Source: an uncultured Candidatus Rokubacteria bacterium
Lineage (GTDB): Bacteria > Methylomirabilota > Methylomirabilia > Rokubacteriales > DASRDR01
Reading direction: 5' to 3'
NCBI GenBank assembly: GCA_963765195.1
Contig: CAVXVV010000039.1
Coordinates: forward strand, 222,822-286,821
Length of the DNA: 64,000 nucleotides
This document shows, piece after piece, positions 36,624 to 46,458 of this stretch. Each line of letters opens with the position of its first letter. The first letter of the stretch is position 1. The notes under the pieces were generated by a model that saw only the letters and a list, made by a program, of their open reading frames with translations, was not told the origin of the DNA and ran no database searches. The translations under genes were made by a program, and so were the position numbers.

Positions 36624-38882
36624 ATGAAGCCCAGTCCGCGCCGTGTCGCGATCGTCGCCGCGGCGCTGGCCGCGACGCTCTGCGCCGCGAGCCCCGGCCG
36701 CGCCGGGCACGAGTTCCCCTTCTACGCTTCCTACTACCCGCAGGAGATCACCCTCAGCGTGCTCGCCCCGGCCGCGGCGCCCCCGAAGTTCGCCGTCGGG
36801 GCGCTTCACGCCTATCTCGGCGCCAATCCCTTCGCGGACCGCCCGGTCCCCTCCACAATCGCGTCGGCCGAATCGCTCGCCGCATTCGTGCTCGTCACGG
36901 TGAATCCGGCGGCGCGCTTTCCCGGGGACGCCGGCGCCCGCTGCCTCGCCGCCCGGACGGTGGCGGAAGCCCTCGTGACCGGTCCGGGGTACCGCGCGTA
37001 CCCCTACCCCGTCACGCCCTACCACCCCGACTACCTCCAGCACGCCGATCTCGCCACCGCCGCGAGCGCTGCTCCTCGTGCGACCTGGACCGGCACTCCC
37101 CTGCGCGTGCGCGCCACCGGCGACCGGGCCGCGGGCCTGGTCCCGCCGGCCCTGCGGGCCTCGGGGGCCGACTGGGATGTCGCCGTCGAGCTGGCCGAGG
37201 TCGCGCCGCTGTGGGTGCAGGACGCGGTGGGTCCGGACGGAGGCGTGGGTGCCCCCTGGGTCAAGGCGGGATGGCACCAGGCCTACCTCGTCCTCCGTGA
37301 CGGCGTCCAGGACCCGGGGGCGCGAGGGCGGATCGACGCGCTCCACGAGCGCCTCGTCGCCGACGCGGGCATGCCCGAGCCGGAGCGGCTGACGCTCGAG
37401 CGCGAGCTGGTGTCGCTGCTCCGCTCGGGATGCGAGCGCGCCGTGGCCGGCTACACGCTCCGGACCGAGCCCCTCAACGTGGACTACTCGGGCGGCGTCG
37501 AGAACATCGCGTACGACGCCCAGGCGGGCCTCGGGTCCGCGATCTTCCCGCGCACGGTCAAGCTGAAGGACTTCCCGTGGAACGGATGGCTGACGGTCGG
37601 CGTCCCGGAGCGCGCTTCGGCGGCGTGGAACCCCGTGGCGGGCTTCAGTGACCCCGCGGGCCGGCTCCTCTGGCTCGCCCTCGGCGACCCCGCCTTCTTC
37701 CCGTCCCCGCACGGAGCCGGGTGGGTTCCGAACCGCCTGACCATCGCCTCGGTGGATCTCGGCGCGCCGAGCCTTCCGGTCCCGGAGGACGCGCTGGCTT
37801 TCGAGTCCGGCACGGGCGCGCCCCGCGCGGTCGGGCCTGGACGCCAGGCGGGCGCGCGGGTCGTCTACCGCGTACTGGCCTCCCGGTTCCACGACGAGAC
37901 CAAGCTGGACGCGACGGACATCCTCTACGCGCTGGGGCTCGCCTGGCGGACCCAGGAGCCCGCGGTCCTGCGCGCCACCGCCCGTCTGCGCGAGCGCCTG
38001 GTGGCGCTCCGCGTCCTGCGCACCGAGACCGACGTGCTGGCATTCGGCGAGGACAAGCTCACCTACGAGGTGCCGATCGTCGAGGTGTACGTCGACCGGC
38101 CGGCGGCGACGGCCGCCGACACCGCCCTGATCGCGCCGCCGTGGACGACCGTGCCCTGGCCCGTGCTGGCCCTCGCCGAGGAGGCGGTCTCCCGCGGACT
38201 CGCGGCCTTCTCGCGGGAGGGCGCCCAGGCGCGCGGCGTCGCGTGGCTCGATCTCGCTCGCGACCGCGCCCTCGCGCCCCGCCTCCGCGCGGTCCTCGAC
38301 GAGCTGGCCGCGCGCCCGCACGTGCCGGCCGCGCTCGCCGGCCGGGTCGCCCCCGCGGACGCGGAGGCGCGGTGGACGGCGCTTCGCGCGTTCCACGACG
38401 CGTCGGGGCATTTCCTCGTCACGAACGGCCCGTACCGGCTGGCGAGCTGGACCGACGACACCAGCGTGCTGCAGGTGTTCCGGGACCTCTCCTATCCCCG
38501 CGGGCTCGGAGTCTTCAACAGCCACGCGCTCCGGCTCCGCGCCTTCGTGACCGGAGCCGAGAAGCGGCCGGACGAGCTCGTGGTCAAAGCCGAGGTCGAG
38601 CGCATCGACCGCTTCGGCCGGGACTCCCAGATCGTGCGGGAACCCTTCGTCAAGCGCGTCCTCGAGCAGGACAAGCGGACCCTGCCCGTCGCCCGCTACG
38701 TCGTGGTCGGGCCGGACCGCGCGGTGAGCGCCGCCGGCACGACGGAGGCGAGCGACCCGGGCGACTTCCGGATCGATCTGCGGGCGCTCAGCCGGGCGGG
38801 CGACTACGTGGTCCTCGTCGCCCTGACCGTCGACGACAATCGCACCGACCTGCCCGTGAAGGCGATCCCGTGGACACGCTAG
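36624..38882 (+). CDS. Secreted hypothetical protein, 752 aa, with family-5 SBP-like segments
   Basis: Signal peptide MKPSPRRVAIVAAALAATLCAASPGRA. High GC3 throughout. Its 3' end overlaps the livH-like GTG by 13 nt. Segments SRFHDETKLDATDILYAL and TNGPYRLASWTDDTSVLQVFRD recall SBP_bac_5 proteins. Confidence 0.7.
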   Translation: MKPSPRRVAIVAAALAATLCAASPGRAGHEFPFYASYYPQEITLSVLAPAAAPPKFAVGALHAYLGANPFADRPVPSTIASAESLAAFVLVTVNPAARFPGDAGARCLAARTVAEALVTGPGYRAYPYPVTPYHPDYLQHADLATAASAAPRATWTGTPLRVRATGDRAAGLVPPALRASGADWDVAVELAEVAPLWVQDAVGPDGGVGAPWVKAGWHQAYLVLRDGVQDPGARGRIDALHERLVADAGMPEPERLTLERELVSLLRSGCERAVAGYTLRTEPLNVDYSGGVENIAYDAQAGLGSAIFPRTVKLKDFPWNGWLTVGVPERASAAWNPVAGFSDPAGRLLWLALGDPAFFPSPHGAGWVPNRLTIASVDLGAPSLPVPEDALAFESGTGAPRAVGPGRQAGARVVYRVLASRFHDETKLDATDILYALGLAWRTQEPAVLRATARLRERLVALRVLRTETDVLAFGEDKLTYEVPIVEVYVDRPAATAADTALIAPPWTTVPWPVLALAEEAVSRGLAAFSREGAQARGVAWLDLARDRALAPRLRAVLDELAARPHVPAALAGRVAPADAEARWTALRAFHDASGHFLVTNGPYRLASWTDDTSVLQVFRDLSYPRGLGVFNSHALRLRAFVTGAEKRPDELVVKAEVERIDRFGRDSQIVREPFVKRVLEQDKRTLPVARYVVVGPDRAVSAAGTTEASDPGDFRIDLRALSRAGDYVVLVALTVDDNRTDLPVKAIPWTR

Positions 38883-39745
38883 TCATCCAGGTCCTGAACT
38901 CGCTCTTCTACGCGTCCATCCTGTTTCTCATCGCGTGCGGGCTCACGCTCGTCTACGGCGTCATGCGCATCGTCAACATGGCGCACGGCAACCTCTACGC
39001 GCTCGGCGCCTACGTCGCGGCCTGGAGCGTGGGGATGGTCGCGGGCCGGTTCCCGCCGGCGGCCCTGTTCCTCCTGCTGCTGGTCGGCGCGGGCGCGGCA
39101 GCGCTCGCGGGCGCGATCCTCGAGCCGACGATGCTGCGCCCGCTCTACCGGCGGGCGGAGGAGTACCAGCTCCTCATCACGTTCGGACTGCTCCTGATCC
39201 TCGAGGACCTCCTCCGCCTCGTCTGGGGGCCGTATCCGCTCACGGCCAGCGCGCTCCCGGACGCCCTCGGCAGCATCACGATCCTCGGGGCGACCTACCC
39301 CGGCTACAACATCTTCGTGATCCTGATCGGCGCCCTCGCGGCGGCGGCCCTCTGGGCGTTCGTGTACAAGACCCGGTTCGGCGTGATGCTGCGGGCGACC
39401 TCCCAGGACATGCGGATGGCGGCGGCCCTCGGGGTCAACGTCAAGCGGATCTACGTCCAGGCGTTCGCGATCGGGTGCTTCATGGCCGGGCTCGGCGGCG
39501 CGGTGGTCATGCCCATCTCCGGCGCCGTGCTCGGCATGGGCGTCGACGCGCTGATCCTCGCCTTCGTCGTCGTCGTCATCGGAGGGCTCGGGTCCCTCGA
39601 GGGCGCGCTGGCCGGCGCGATCATCGTCGGCGTGATACGGACGCTCGGCATCACCTACTTCGCGGAGATCGAGCTGGCGGTCCTGTACCTCATCGCCGCC
39701 GTCGTCCTGTTCGTCCGGCCGGCGGGTCTCTTCGGACGCGCATGA
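38870..39745 (+). CDS. Branched-chain amino acid (HAAT-family) ABC transporter permease, LivH-like
   Basis: VDTLVIQVLNSLFYASILFLIACGLTLVYGVMRIVNMAHG is a typical LivH N-terminus. 291 aa. Confidence 0.9.
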   Translation: MDTLVIQVLNSLFYASILFLIACGLTLVYGVMRIVNMAHGNLYALGAYVAAWSVGMVAGRFPPAALFLLLLVGAGAAALAGAILEPTMLRPLYRRAEEYQLLITFGLLLILEDLLRLVWGPYPLTASALPDALGSITILGATYPGYNIFVILIGALAAAALWAFVYKTRFGVMLRATSQDMRMAAALGVNVKRIYVQAFAIGCFMAGLGGAVVMPISGAVLGMGVDALILAFVVVVIGGLGSLEGALAGAIIVGVIRTLGITYFAEIELAVLYLIAAVVLFVRPAGLFGRA

Positions 39746-40767
39746 ACGAGACCGGGGTGACCGAGACGGCCGCGCCGGCCCACCTCACGCCGGGGCGACT
39801 GGGCCTCCTGGCGGCCGCTGCCGTGGTGCTCCTCGTGCTCCCGCTGATATTGCCGCCCTTCGAGACGCTCCAGGTCTCGTACGGGCTCATCTTCGGGATC
39901 GCCGCGCTGGGGTTCAACCTCTTGCTCGGGTACACCGGCCTCCTGTCGTTCGGGCACTCCGCCTTCTTCGGCACCGGCGCCTACGCCGCGGCGTTCCTCG
40001 TGAAGTACCTGGGCGTCCGCTCGATGGAAGCGTTCATCGGGGCTGCGATTCTCTGCTCCCTGCTGGTGGCGGCCGTGTTCGGCGTGGTGTGCGTTCGCTA
40101 CACGCGGATCTTCTTCGGGATCCTCGCCCTCGCCCTGTCGCAGGTCCTGTGGAGCCTGGCGATGAAGCTCTTCTGGGTGACCGGCGGGACCGACGGGCTC
40201 CGGGTTCCTACGCCTTCCTTGCTCGGCGGAGTGATGGGCAACGCGGCCAGCGCGGCGGCGGACAAGACGAGCTTCCTGGCTCACCGGTACTACTACTACG
40301 TCCTGGTCGTGTTCGCGGTCTCGACCGCCGTCATGTGGGTGATCGTGCATTCCCCGTTCGGGAAGGCGCTCCAGGCCATCCGGGACAACGAGGTCCGCGC
40401 GGAGTTCGTCGGCGTGCAGGTCCGGCGGTATCGCTACGTCGCGTTCCTCGTCTCGGGCGTCTTCACGGGCCTGGCGGGCGCCCTGTGGGTGCCGCTGAAC
40501 GGCCTGACGACCCCGGACATCCTCTACTGGCCGTTTTCCGGGCGGATCGTGTTCATGGTCGTGCTCGGCGGCTTTCGCACCTTCTGGGGCCCGATCGTCG
40601 GTGCCTTCGCGTACAACTACCTCGAGGTGTGGGCGGTCGGCGCCACCGTGTACTGGCAGCTGGTCCTCGGCGTGATCCTGGTCACCCTCGTCCTCGCCAT
40701 GCCGACCGGCCTGGTGGGGACCGCGGGCCAGCTGGCCGCCCGGCTGCGCGGGAGCCGCCGGCCGTGA
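39742..40767 (+). CDS. HAAT-family ABC transporter permease, LivM-like
   Basis: ATGA overlap with livH. FGIAALGFNLLLGYTGLLSFGHSAFFG is typical of LivM. Confidence 0.9.
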   Translation: MNETGVTETAAPAHLTPGRLGLLAAAAVVLLVLPLILPPFETLQVSYGLIFGIAALGFNLLLGYTGLLSFGHSAFFGTGAYAAAFLVKYLGVRSMEAFIGAAILCSLLVAAVFGVVCVRYTRIFFGILALALSQVLWSLAMKLFWVTGGTDGLRVPTPSLLGGVMGNAASAAADKTSFLAHRYYYYVLVVFAVSTAVMWVIVHSPFGKALQAIRDNEVRAEFVGVQVRRYRYVAFLVSGVFTGLAGALWVPLNGLTTPDILYWPFSGRIVFMVVLGGFRTFWGPIVGAFAYNYLEVWAVGATVYWQLVLGVILVTLVLAMPTGLVGTAGQLAARLRGSRRP

Positions 40768-41519
40768 GCCTGCTGGAGATCCGGAACATCACGAAGACGT
40801 TCGGGGACAACCGGGCCGTCGATGACGTCACGCTGACGATCCGGAAGGGCGAGTTCCTCGGCCTGATCGGCTCGAACGGCGCCGGCAAGACGACGCTGGT
40901 GAACCTGATCAGCGGCTTCTTCCCCGCCGACCAGGGCTCCCTCGTCTTCGAGGGACAGGACATCACCCGGCACTCCATCAACGGGCGCATCAGGGCCGGC
41001 GTGGCGCGCAGCTTCCAGCTGGTGAACCTGTTCGACCACCTGACGGTCCTCGACAACGTCGCCCTGACCATCTTCTCGCGCCAGGGAAAGACGCGCTGGC
41101 TGTGGAAGCTGGCGGGCCGTGACCACGCGGTCCGGGACGAGGCCGTCGCGGTGCTCCGTCAGTTCGGCCTGGAGAGCAAGGCGGCCATGCTCGCCGGCAC
41201 CGTCTCGCAGGGCGAGCGGAAGCTCCTCGACGTCGCGCTCGCCTACGCGCTCCGGCCGAAGCTCCTGTTCCTGGACGAGCCGACCAGCGGCGTGAGCACC
41301 CGCGAGAAGGCTCCCATCATGGACATCGTCACCGCCGTCGTCCGCGCGGAAGGCATCACCGCGGTGGTGATCGAGCACGACATGGACATCGTGTTCCGCT
41401 ACTCCGACCGCATCGTCGCGATGCACCAGGGCGCGATCCTCGCCTCGGGGACGCCGGACGAGATCCGCCGGAACGAGCAGGTGGCGATGACGCTGCTCGG
41501 CACCCACGCAACCCAGTGA
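40764..41519 (+). CDS. HAAT-family ABC transporter ATP-binding protein, LivG-like
   Basis: GTGA overlap with the upstream gene. Walker A GSNGAGKTT, signature SQGERKLL and Walker B LLFLDEPT. Confidence 0.9.
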   Translation: MSLLEIRNITKTFGDNRAVDDVTLTIRKGEFLGLIGSNGAGKTTLVNLISGFFPADQGSLVFEGQDITRHSINGRIRAGVARSFQLVNLFDHLTVLDNVALTIFSRQGKTRWLWKLAGRDHAVRDEAVAVLRQFGLESKAAMLAGTVSQGERKLLDVALAYALRPKLLFLDEPTSGVSTREKAPIMDIVTAVVRAEGITAVVIEHDMDIVFRYSDRIVAMHQGAILASGTPDEIRRNEQVAMTLLGTHATQ

Positions 41520-42259
41520 GCACCCCCGTGACCGCGCGGCCGATGCTGGAGCTCCAGGGCGTTCACACCTACCGCGGGGCGGCTCACGTCCTCCAGGGCG
41601 TCTCGCTCCGCGTGGGCGCGGGCGAGGCCGTCTGCCTGGTCGGCCGCAACGGCGCGGGCAAGACGACCACGATCGAGAGCACGATGGGGCTCCTGCCGAC
41701 CCGGGACGGCCGGATCCAGTTCCGGGAGCGCGACATCACGCGACTCCCGACCCACGAGCGCGCCCTGATCGGCATCGGCTACGCCCCGGAGGATGCCGGC
41801 ATCTTCCCCGACCTGACGGTCGCCGAGAACTTCGAGATCGCCCGGTCGCTGGTGCCCGCGGAGCGGAGGGGCGCGACCGTCGCGGGGACCGGCGTCGACG
41901 AGCGCGTGTTCGCCCTCTTCCCCGAGGTGCGTCACTTCCTGAGCCGCCGGGGGCTCAACCTCTCGGGCGGCCAGAAGAAGATGGTCGCCATCGCGCGAGC
42001 GCTCACCCTATCGCCCTCGATTCTCCTGCTCGACGAGCCCTTCGAGGGCCTGGCGCCGGTCGTGGTGAGCCGGTTCATCGACGCGGCGCGGCAGATCAAG
42101 GGGATGGGCGTCTCGCTCCTGATCGCCGAGTCGAACCTGGCGACGGCGAGCCGCATCGCCGACCGGCTCTACGCCATCGACCGCGGCGAGATCCTCTTCG
42201 AGGGCGGCCCGGACGCGGCGATGGAAAATGCGGAGGTCATGCGCACGCTCCGCGGATAG
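41516..42259 (+). CDS. HAAT-family ABC transporter ATP-binding protein, LivF-like
   Basis: Start overlaps the livG-like stop. Walker A GRNGAGKTT, signature LSGGQKKM and Walker B LLLLDEPF. Confidence 0.9.
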   Translation: MSTPVTARPMLELQGVHTYRGAAHVLQGVSLRVGAGEAVCLVGRNGAGKTTTIESTMGLLPTRDGRIQFRERDITRLPTHERALIGIGYAPEDAGIFPDLTVAENFEIARSLVPAERRGATVAGTGVDERVFALFPEVRHFLSRRGLNLSGGQKKMVAIARALTLSPSILLLDEPFEGLAPVVVSRFIDAARQIKGMGVSLLIAESNLATASRIADRLYAIDRGEILFEGGPDAAMENAEVMRTLRG

Positions 42260-42292
42260 CGGGTTCGGTCCGGACGGCGAGGTGATCGGGCC

Positions 42293-42925
42293 ATGCGACT
42301 GACGGTGCGATCGTGGCTTTCCCGGGTCGTCCCCGCGCTTCTGATCCTCATCCCCCTCCCCGTCACCGCCCAGGGTCCCGGTCCGCTCAGCGTCGAGGAG
42401 GAAGCCAGCCTCCGGGAGATCCAGGACTTCGTGCGCGCCACGGCCCAGCGATACCGGATGGTCGCGCCGCTCCAGGTCTCTGTCGCCTCGTGGGTGGGCA
42501 ATCCGGCGCTGTCGCAGTACGCGGGGAGCCCCGCCGTGTACGCGCGCGGCACGCTCTTCCTGAATCGGCGCCTCTTGCGCGCCTCGAACCGGGACCTCGT
42601 GATCGCGACGGCTCTCGCCTACGAGCGGCTCCGCGGGCCAGGAACGGCCACCTCGCTCGCGGACCGGGAACGCGAGCGCGCCCAGCTGGCGCTGGAAAGC
42701 AACGCCCGGGCCGTCGACATCCTGGTCCAGGTCAAGGGCATGTCGGAGCAGGCGGCGCTGGATCAGATGTACGCGTGGCTCCTCGGCATCCATCACGCGG
42801 CGCTCGCCTCCGGCCGGCCCACCCCGCCCGACCGGCCGCGCCCCTGCGACGCGATCGGGGACCTGCTGCAGCGGTATCCGGGATCTAGGGAGTGGTTCGC
42901 CGGACGGGAGTGCGCGCCGGCATAG
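42293..42925 (+). CDS. Hypothetical secreted protein (210 aa)
   Basis: Signal peptide MRLTVRSWLSRVVPALLILIPLPVTAQG. High GC3. I recognise no family. Confidence 0.6.
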   Translation: MRLTVRSWLSRVVPALLILIPLPVTAQGPGPLSVEEEASLREIQDFVRATAQRYRMVAPLQVSVASWVGNPALSQYAGSPAVYARGTLFLNRRLLRASNRDLVIATALAYERLRGPGTATSLADRERERAQLALESNARAVDILVQVKGMSEQAALDQMYAWLLGIHHAALASGRPTPPDRPRPCDAIGDLLQRYPGSREWFAGRECAPA

Positions 42926-43577
42926 GCGGGGAGCTCCACGCCGCGCCCGCCCGCCACCCCAGCGTGACGACGGCGCCGACGAGCGCGACGAGCATCACCG
43001 CGGTCGCCACTCGCGACAGGCCCGCCAGGAACGCGAGCGTTCCGCTGGACAGCCCCGCGAACGCGAGCCCCACCACCGGGAGCACCGGCGCTCCGCATCC
43101 CATGACGCTGCAGGGCCCGGTCGACAGGCCCACGACGCTGGCGAGCATCCCGGCGACGCCGCTCCGGCGCGTGGCGAGCGCTCCGGCCGCCGACGGAGTC
43201 CGGCCGGCGCGGTCGTGCGCGAGGAGGGCGAAGTACGCGCCGAAGAGGCCAGCCAGGAGCAGTATGCGGCCCGCGTCGGTGACGTCCACGGCGAAGCCCC
43301 AGTCGGTGCCGCCGTAGGGGCTGTCGGAAGAGAACCAGAAGAGGGCGAGGGCGGGCAGCTTCTCGAGCTTCTGCTCGAGCGGGACCGTCGACGAGACGAC
43401 GTACGCCGGCAAGCGCTTGAGCCAGGGATTGAAGGTGAAGTAGTCGACGGGCCGCCGCGCCAGGGAAAGGACCAGGACCGGCCCGAGGATCGACATCGCC
43501 ACGACGCCGGCGGCCACGCCCACGAACATGCGGGGGTGCGCACGGATCGCCTCCCTGACACCGCGGATCACGCGCAC
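42885..43577 (-). CDS. Hypothetical integral membrane protein with a GPCSVMGCGAP motif
   Basis: GTG at 43577 is preceded by AAGGGAG. There are about 5 hydrophobic helices. The annotated 275-aa start at 43712 would overlap the divergent neighbour. The 3' end overlaps the convergent gene by 41 bp. Confidence 0.5.
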   Translation of the reverse strand: MRVIRGVREAIRAHPRMFVGVAAGVVAMSILGPVLVLSLARRPVDYFTFNPWLKRLPAYVVSSTVPLEQKLEKLPALALFWFSSDSPYGGTDWGFAVDVTDAGRILLLAGLFGAYFALLAHDRAGRTPSAAGALATRRSGVAGMLASVVGLSTGPCSVMGCGAPVLPVVGLAFAGLSSGTLAFLAGLSRVATAVMLVALVGAVVTLGWRAGAAWSSPPMPARTPVRRTTP

Positions 43578-43648
43578 CGCGTGCTCCCTTCCGCCGCCGG
43601 ACGCGGAGCCGGCCGGCGAAGCCCTGTCGCGCGTCGAGTCTCGAGGGC

Positions 43649-44122
43649 ATGGTAGCGGCGGCCGGGGATCGCTGGCAAGCTGTCGCCGTGCGGCGAGCCC
43701 TCTCGATCGCAACCTTCGGCGTGCCGCTCGTCGCCGGCGGTTTCGCGACTCCGGCGCTCGCCCAGGCCCCGGCCGAAACGCCGGGCGCGCCGCGCACCAT
43801 GAGCTTCTCGTGGACCCTCTACCCGCGGATGTGGGCCGAGGTGGATCTCCGCTTCGCCACCGGGGCCGGAGCCGTCGCCGAGATCACGGCGGAGGGCGGC
43901 GAGGTGAGCTGGAACCTCCACGCTCACCCGGTGGAGTCGTCGCCGACGACGTTCGTCGTTCTCGCCCGGGGCGCGGGAGCCCGCGTCACGGTCCCCTTCA
44001 CGCCGAGCGCGCCGGGCTTCTACTCCTATCTCTTCGGGAACGACCGGGAATCGGGCCCCGTGCGCCTTCGAATCGAGCTCACGCTCAGCGGCGACGTGCG
44101 CCTGGAGGGAATCAAGCCCTGA
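43649..44122 (+). CDS. Hypothetical secreted protein (beta-rich, ~157 aa)
   Basis: Signal-like RRALSIATFGVPLVAGGFATPALAQA, with an alternative GTG start at 43688. The mature part alternates hydrophobic and polar residues (SWNLHAHP, FYSYLFGND, VRLRIELTLSG). Confidence 0.55.
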   Translation: MVAAAGDRWQAVAVRRALSIATFGVPLVAGGFATPALAQAPAETPGAPRTMSFSWTLYPRMWAEVDLRFATGAGAVAEITAEGGEVSWNLHAHPVESSPTTFVVLARGAGARVTVPFTPSAPGFYSYLFGNDRESGPVRLRIELTLSGDVRLEGIKP

Positions 44123-46457
44123 GCGAGGGCTTCACGAGCGCGACGATGCGGGCCGGCGTGACGGGGCCCTCGGTGATGCGCACCCCGAACGGCGCCAGCG
44201 CGTCCTCGATCGCGTTGGCGAGCGCGGCGGGCGGGGAGATGGCGCCCCCCTCGCCGACGCCCTTCACCTCGAGCGGGTTGCGGGGCGACGGATGCTCGAG
44301 GTGCACCGTCTCGATGAACGGGACCTCGTCGGCGCGCGGCACCGCGTAGTCCATCAGCGAGCCCGTCAGGAGCTGTCCCGCGGCATCGTAGACGATCTCC
44401 TCGCCGAGCCCGCCGCCGACGCCCTGGGCGACGCCGCCGTGGATCTGCCCGTCGACGAGAATCGGATTGATCACGCGGCCGCAGTCGTGCGCCACGACGT
44501 AGCGGAGGAGGTGGACCCGTCCGGTCTCCGGATCGACGTCGACCACCGCGACGTGGACCGCGCTCGCGTAGGTCACCGTGGGCACGCCCTGGTACGTGGT
44601 CGCCTCGAAGTCGGGCTCGACGACCGCCGGCGCCTGGAACGACGGCAGGCTGGCGCGCACGATGCTCGCGAAGGGCACCGCGCGGCCCGGGCTGCCCCGC
44701 ACGAACACGCGGCCCTCCGCCACCTCGAGATCAGCCTCGGCGGCCTCGAGAATCCGCGCGGCGGCTCGCACGATCTTCCCGCGCACCGTGGCCCCGGCGG
44801 CCGCGATCGCGTTCCCCGCGAGGACCGTGCTGCGGCTCGCGAACGTCCCGATACCGAACGGGATCGCGTCGGTATCGCCACCGACCACCGTGACGTCCTC
44901 GAGGATGACGCCGAGCGCGTCGGCGGCGATCTGCGCGTAGGCGGTCTCGTGCCCCTGCCCCTGCGAGCATGCGCCGGTCGCGACCAACACCTTGCCGGAG
45001 GCGTCGAGGCGCACCGTCGCGCCCTCGTACGGTCCGATCCCGGTGCCCTCGACGTACGAGGAGATGCCCACGCCGCGGTAGACCCCGCGCGCGCGGAGCT
45101 CCGCCTGAGCGGCGCGCAGACCGTCGTAGTCGACCGCTCGCAGCGCCCGGGCCAGCCCGTCGGGGAAGTCGCCCCCGTCGTAGACGAGCGGGTTGCCGTC
45201 GCGGTAGAGCATCCCGACGTCGTACGGCATCTCGTCCGGCCGGACCAGGTTGCGCCGCCGCAGCTCCGCGGGATCGATCCCCGCCTCGCGGGCGAGCATG
45301 TCGAGGAGCCGGTCCATCACGAAGACCGCCTCGGGGCGGCCCGCGCCGCGGTACGGCGCGTGCGGCGTCTTGTTGGTCACGACCGCCCGGCCGTCGAACG
45401 CCGCGTTCCGGATCCGGTTCAGGCCGAGGATGTGGCCGACGGTGTTGTAGGGCTGCACGATGCCCCACGGGTTGAAGGCGCCCAGGTCGAGCAGGAACCG
45501 GTCCCGGAACGCCGTGATCATGCCCTCGCGGGTCGCGCCCAGCTCCGCGTCGTGCAGCTGCTCGCGCGAGTGCGTCGCGCTCTGGAGGTGCTCCTGGCGC
45601 GTCTCGATCCACTTGACGGGTCGCCCGAGGCGCGCCGCGAGCACCGGGATGAGGACGTCCTCGTGGTAGATGGAGGCCTTGGTCCCGAAGCCTCCGCCGA
45701 CCGCGGGAGCGACCACGCGCAGCTTGTGCGCGGGGAGGTCGAGCATCTCGCAGAGCGTGCGCTGGAGCCAGTGCGGGACCTGGGTCGAGGCCCAGACCGT
45801 CAGCCCGCCGCCGAGGACCGCCGGCTCGGCCAGGATCCCTCGCGGCTCGATCGGCATCCCGGCGTATCGCGGCACGCGGATGCGGGCGCGTACGCGCAGC
45901 GGCGCGTCCGCAAGAGCACGCTCGGGGTCTCCGATCCGGACCTGGAAGGCGACGCCGACGTTGTCCCCCCACTCCTCGTGGAGGATCGCGGCGCCCGCCG
46001 CCACGGCGGCCTCCACGTCGGCAATCGCCGGGAGCGGCTCGTAGTCCACGTCGATGAGCTCGAGCGCGTCCTCCGCGGCGTATGGATCGCCGGCGAGGAC
46101 CACCGCCACCGGCTCCCCGACGTAGCGCACCCGGTCGTGGACCAGCGGGAGCTGGGCCGCGGTCTTCAGGCGGAACCCCACGCGGGCCTGGAGCGGCGGG
46201 GGCGGCGCGCCGGCGAGCGGGAGCGGCCGGAGCAGCGAGCCGAGGTCCGCGTACGCGAAGCAGCCGACCACGGCGGGGTGGGCGCGCGCGCGATCCAGCC
46301 GGATCCCGCGGATCCGCGCGTGGGCGTGTGGGCTCCGGAGGATCGCCGCGTGGAGACAGCCGGTCGGGCGGAGGTCGTCGACGTAGCGCCCACGCCCCGT
46401 CAGGAGTTGGGGATCCTCGCGGCGCTTGACCTCGGCCCCGACGTACTTCGCCCCCAC
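44112..46457 (-). CDS. Xanthine dehydrogenase/aldehyde oxidase family molybdopterin-binding subunit (CoxL-like)
   Basis: GTG at 46457 gives VGAKYVGAEVKRREDPQLLTGRGRYVDD, a typical N-terminus. 781 aa. The upstream part of the 923-aa ORF is off-frame over the HAD gene. Confidence 0.9.
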   Translation of the reverse strand: MGAKYVGAEVKRREDPQLLTGRGRYVDDLRPTGCLHAAILRSPHAHARIRGIRLDRARAHPAVVGCFAYADLGSLLRPLPLAGAPPPPLQARVGFRLKTAAQLPLVHDRVRYVGEPVAVVLAGDPYAAEDALELIDVDYEPLPAIADVEAAVAAGAAILHEEWGDNVGVAFQVRIGDPERALADAPLRVRARIRVPRYAGMPIEPRGILAEPAVLGGGLTVWASTQVPHWLQRTLCEMLDLPAHKLRVVAPAVGGGFGTKASIYHEDVLIPVLAARLGRPVKWIETRQEHLQSATHSREQLHDAELGATREGMITAFRDRFLLDLGAFNPWGIVQPYNTVGHILGLNRIRNAAFDGRAVVTNKTPHAPYRGAGRPEAVFVMDRLLDMLAREAGIDPAELRRRNLVRPDEMPYDVGMLYRDGNPLVYDGGDFPDGLARALRAVDYDGLRAAQAELRARGVYRGVGISSYVEGTGIGPYEGATVRLDASGKVLVATGACSQGQGHETAYAQIAADALGVILEDVTVVGGDTDAIPFGIGTFASRSTVLAGNAIAAAGATVRGKIVRAAARILEAAEADLEVAEGRVFVRGSPGRAVPFASIVRASLPSFQAPAVVEPDFEATTYQGVPTVTYASAVHVAVVDVDPETGRVHLLRYVVAHDCGRVINPILVDGQIHGGVAQGVGGGLGEEIVYDAAGQLLTGSLMDYAVPRADEVPFIETVHLEHPSPRNPLEVKGVGEGGAISPPAALANAIEDALAPFGVRITEGPVTPARIVALVKPSLRA

Positions 46458-46458
46458 G

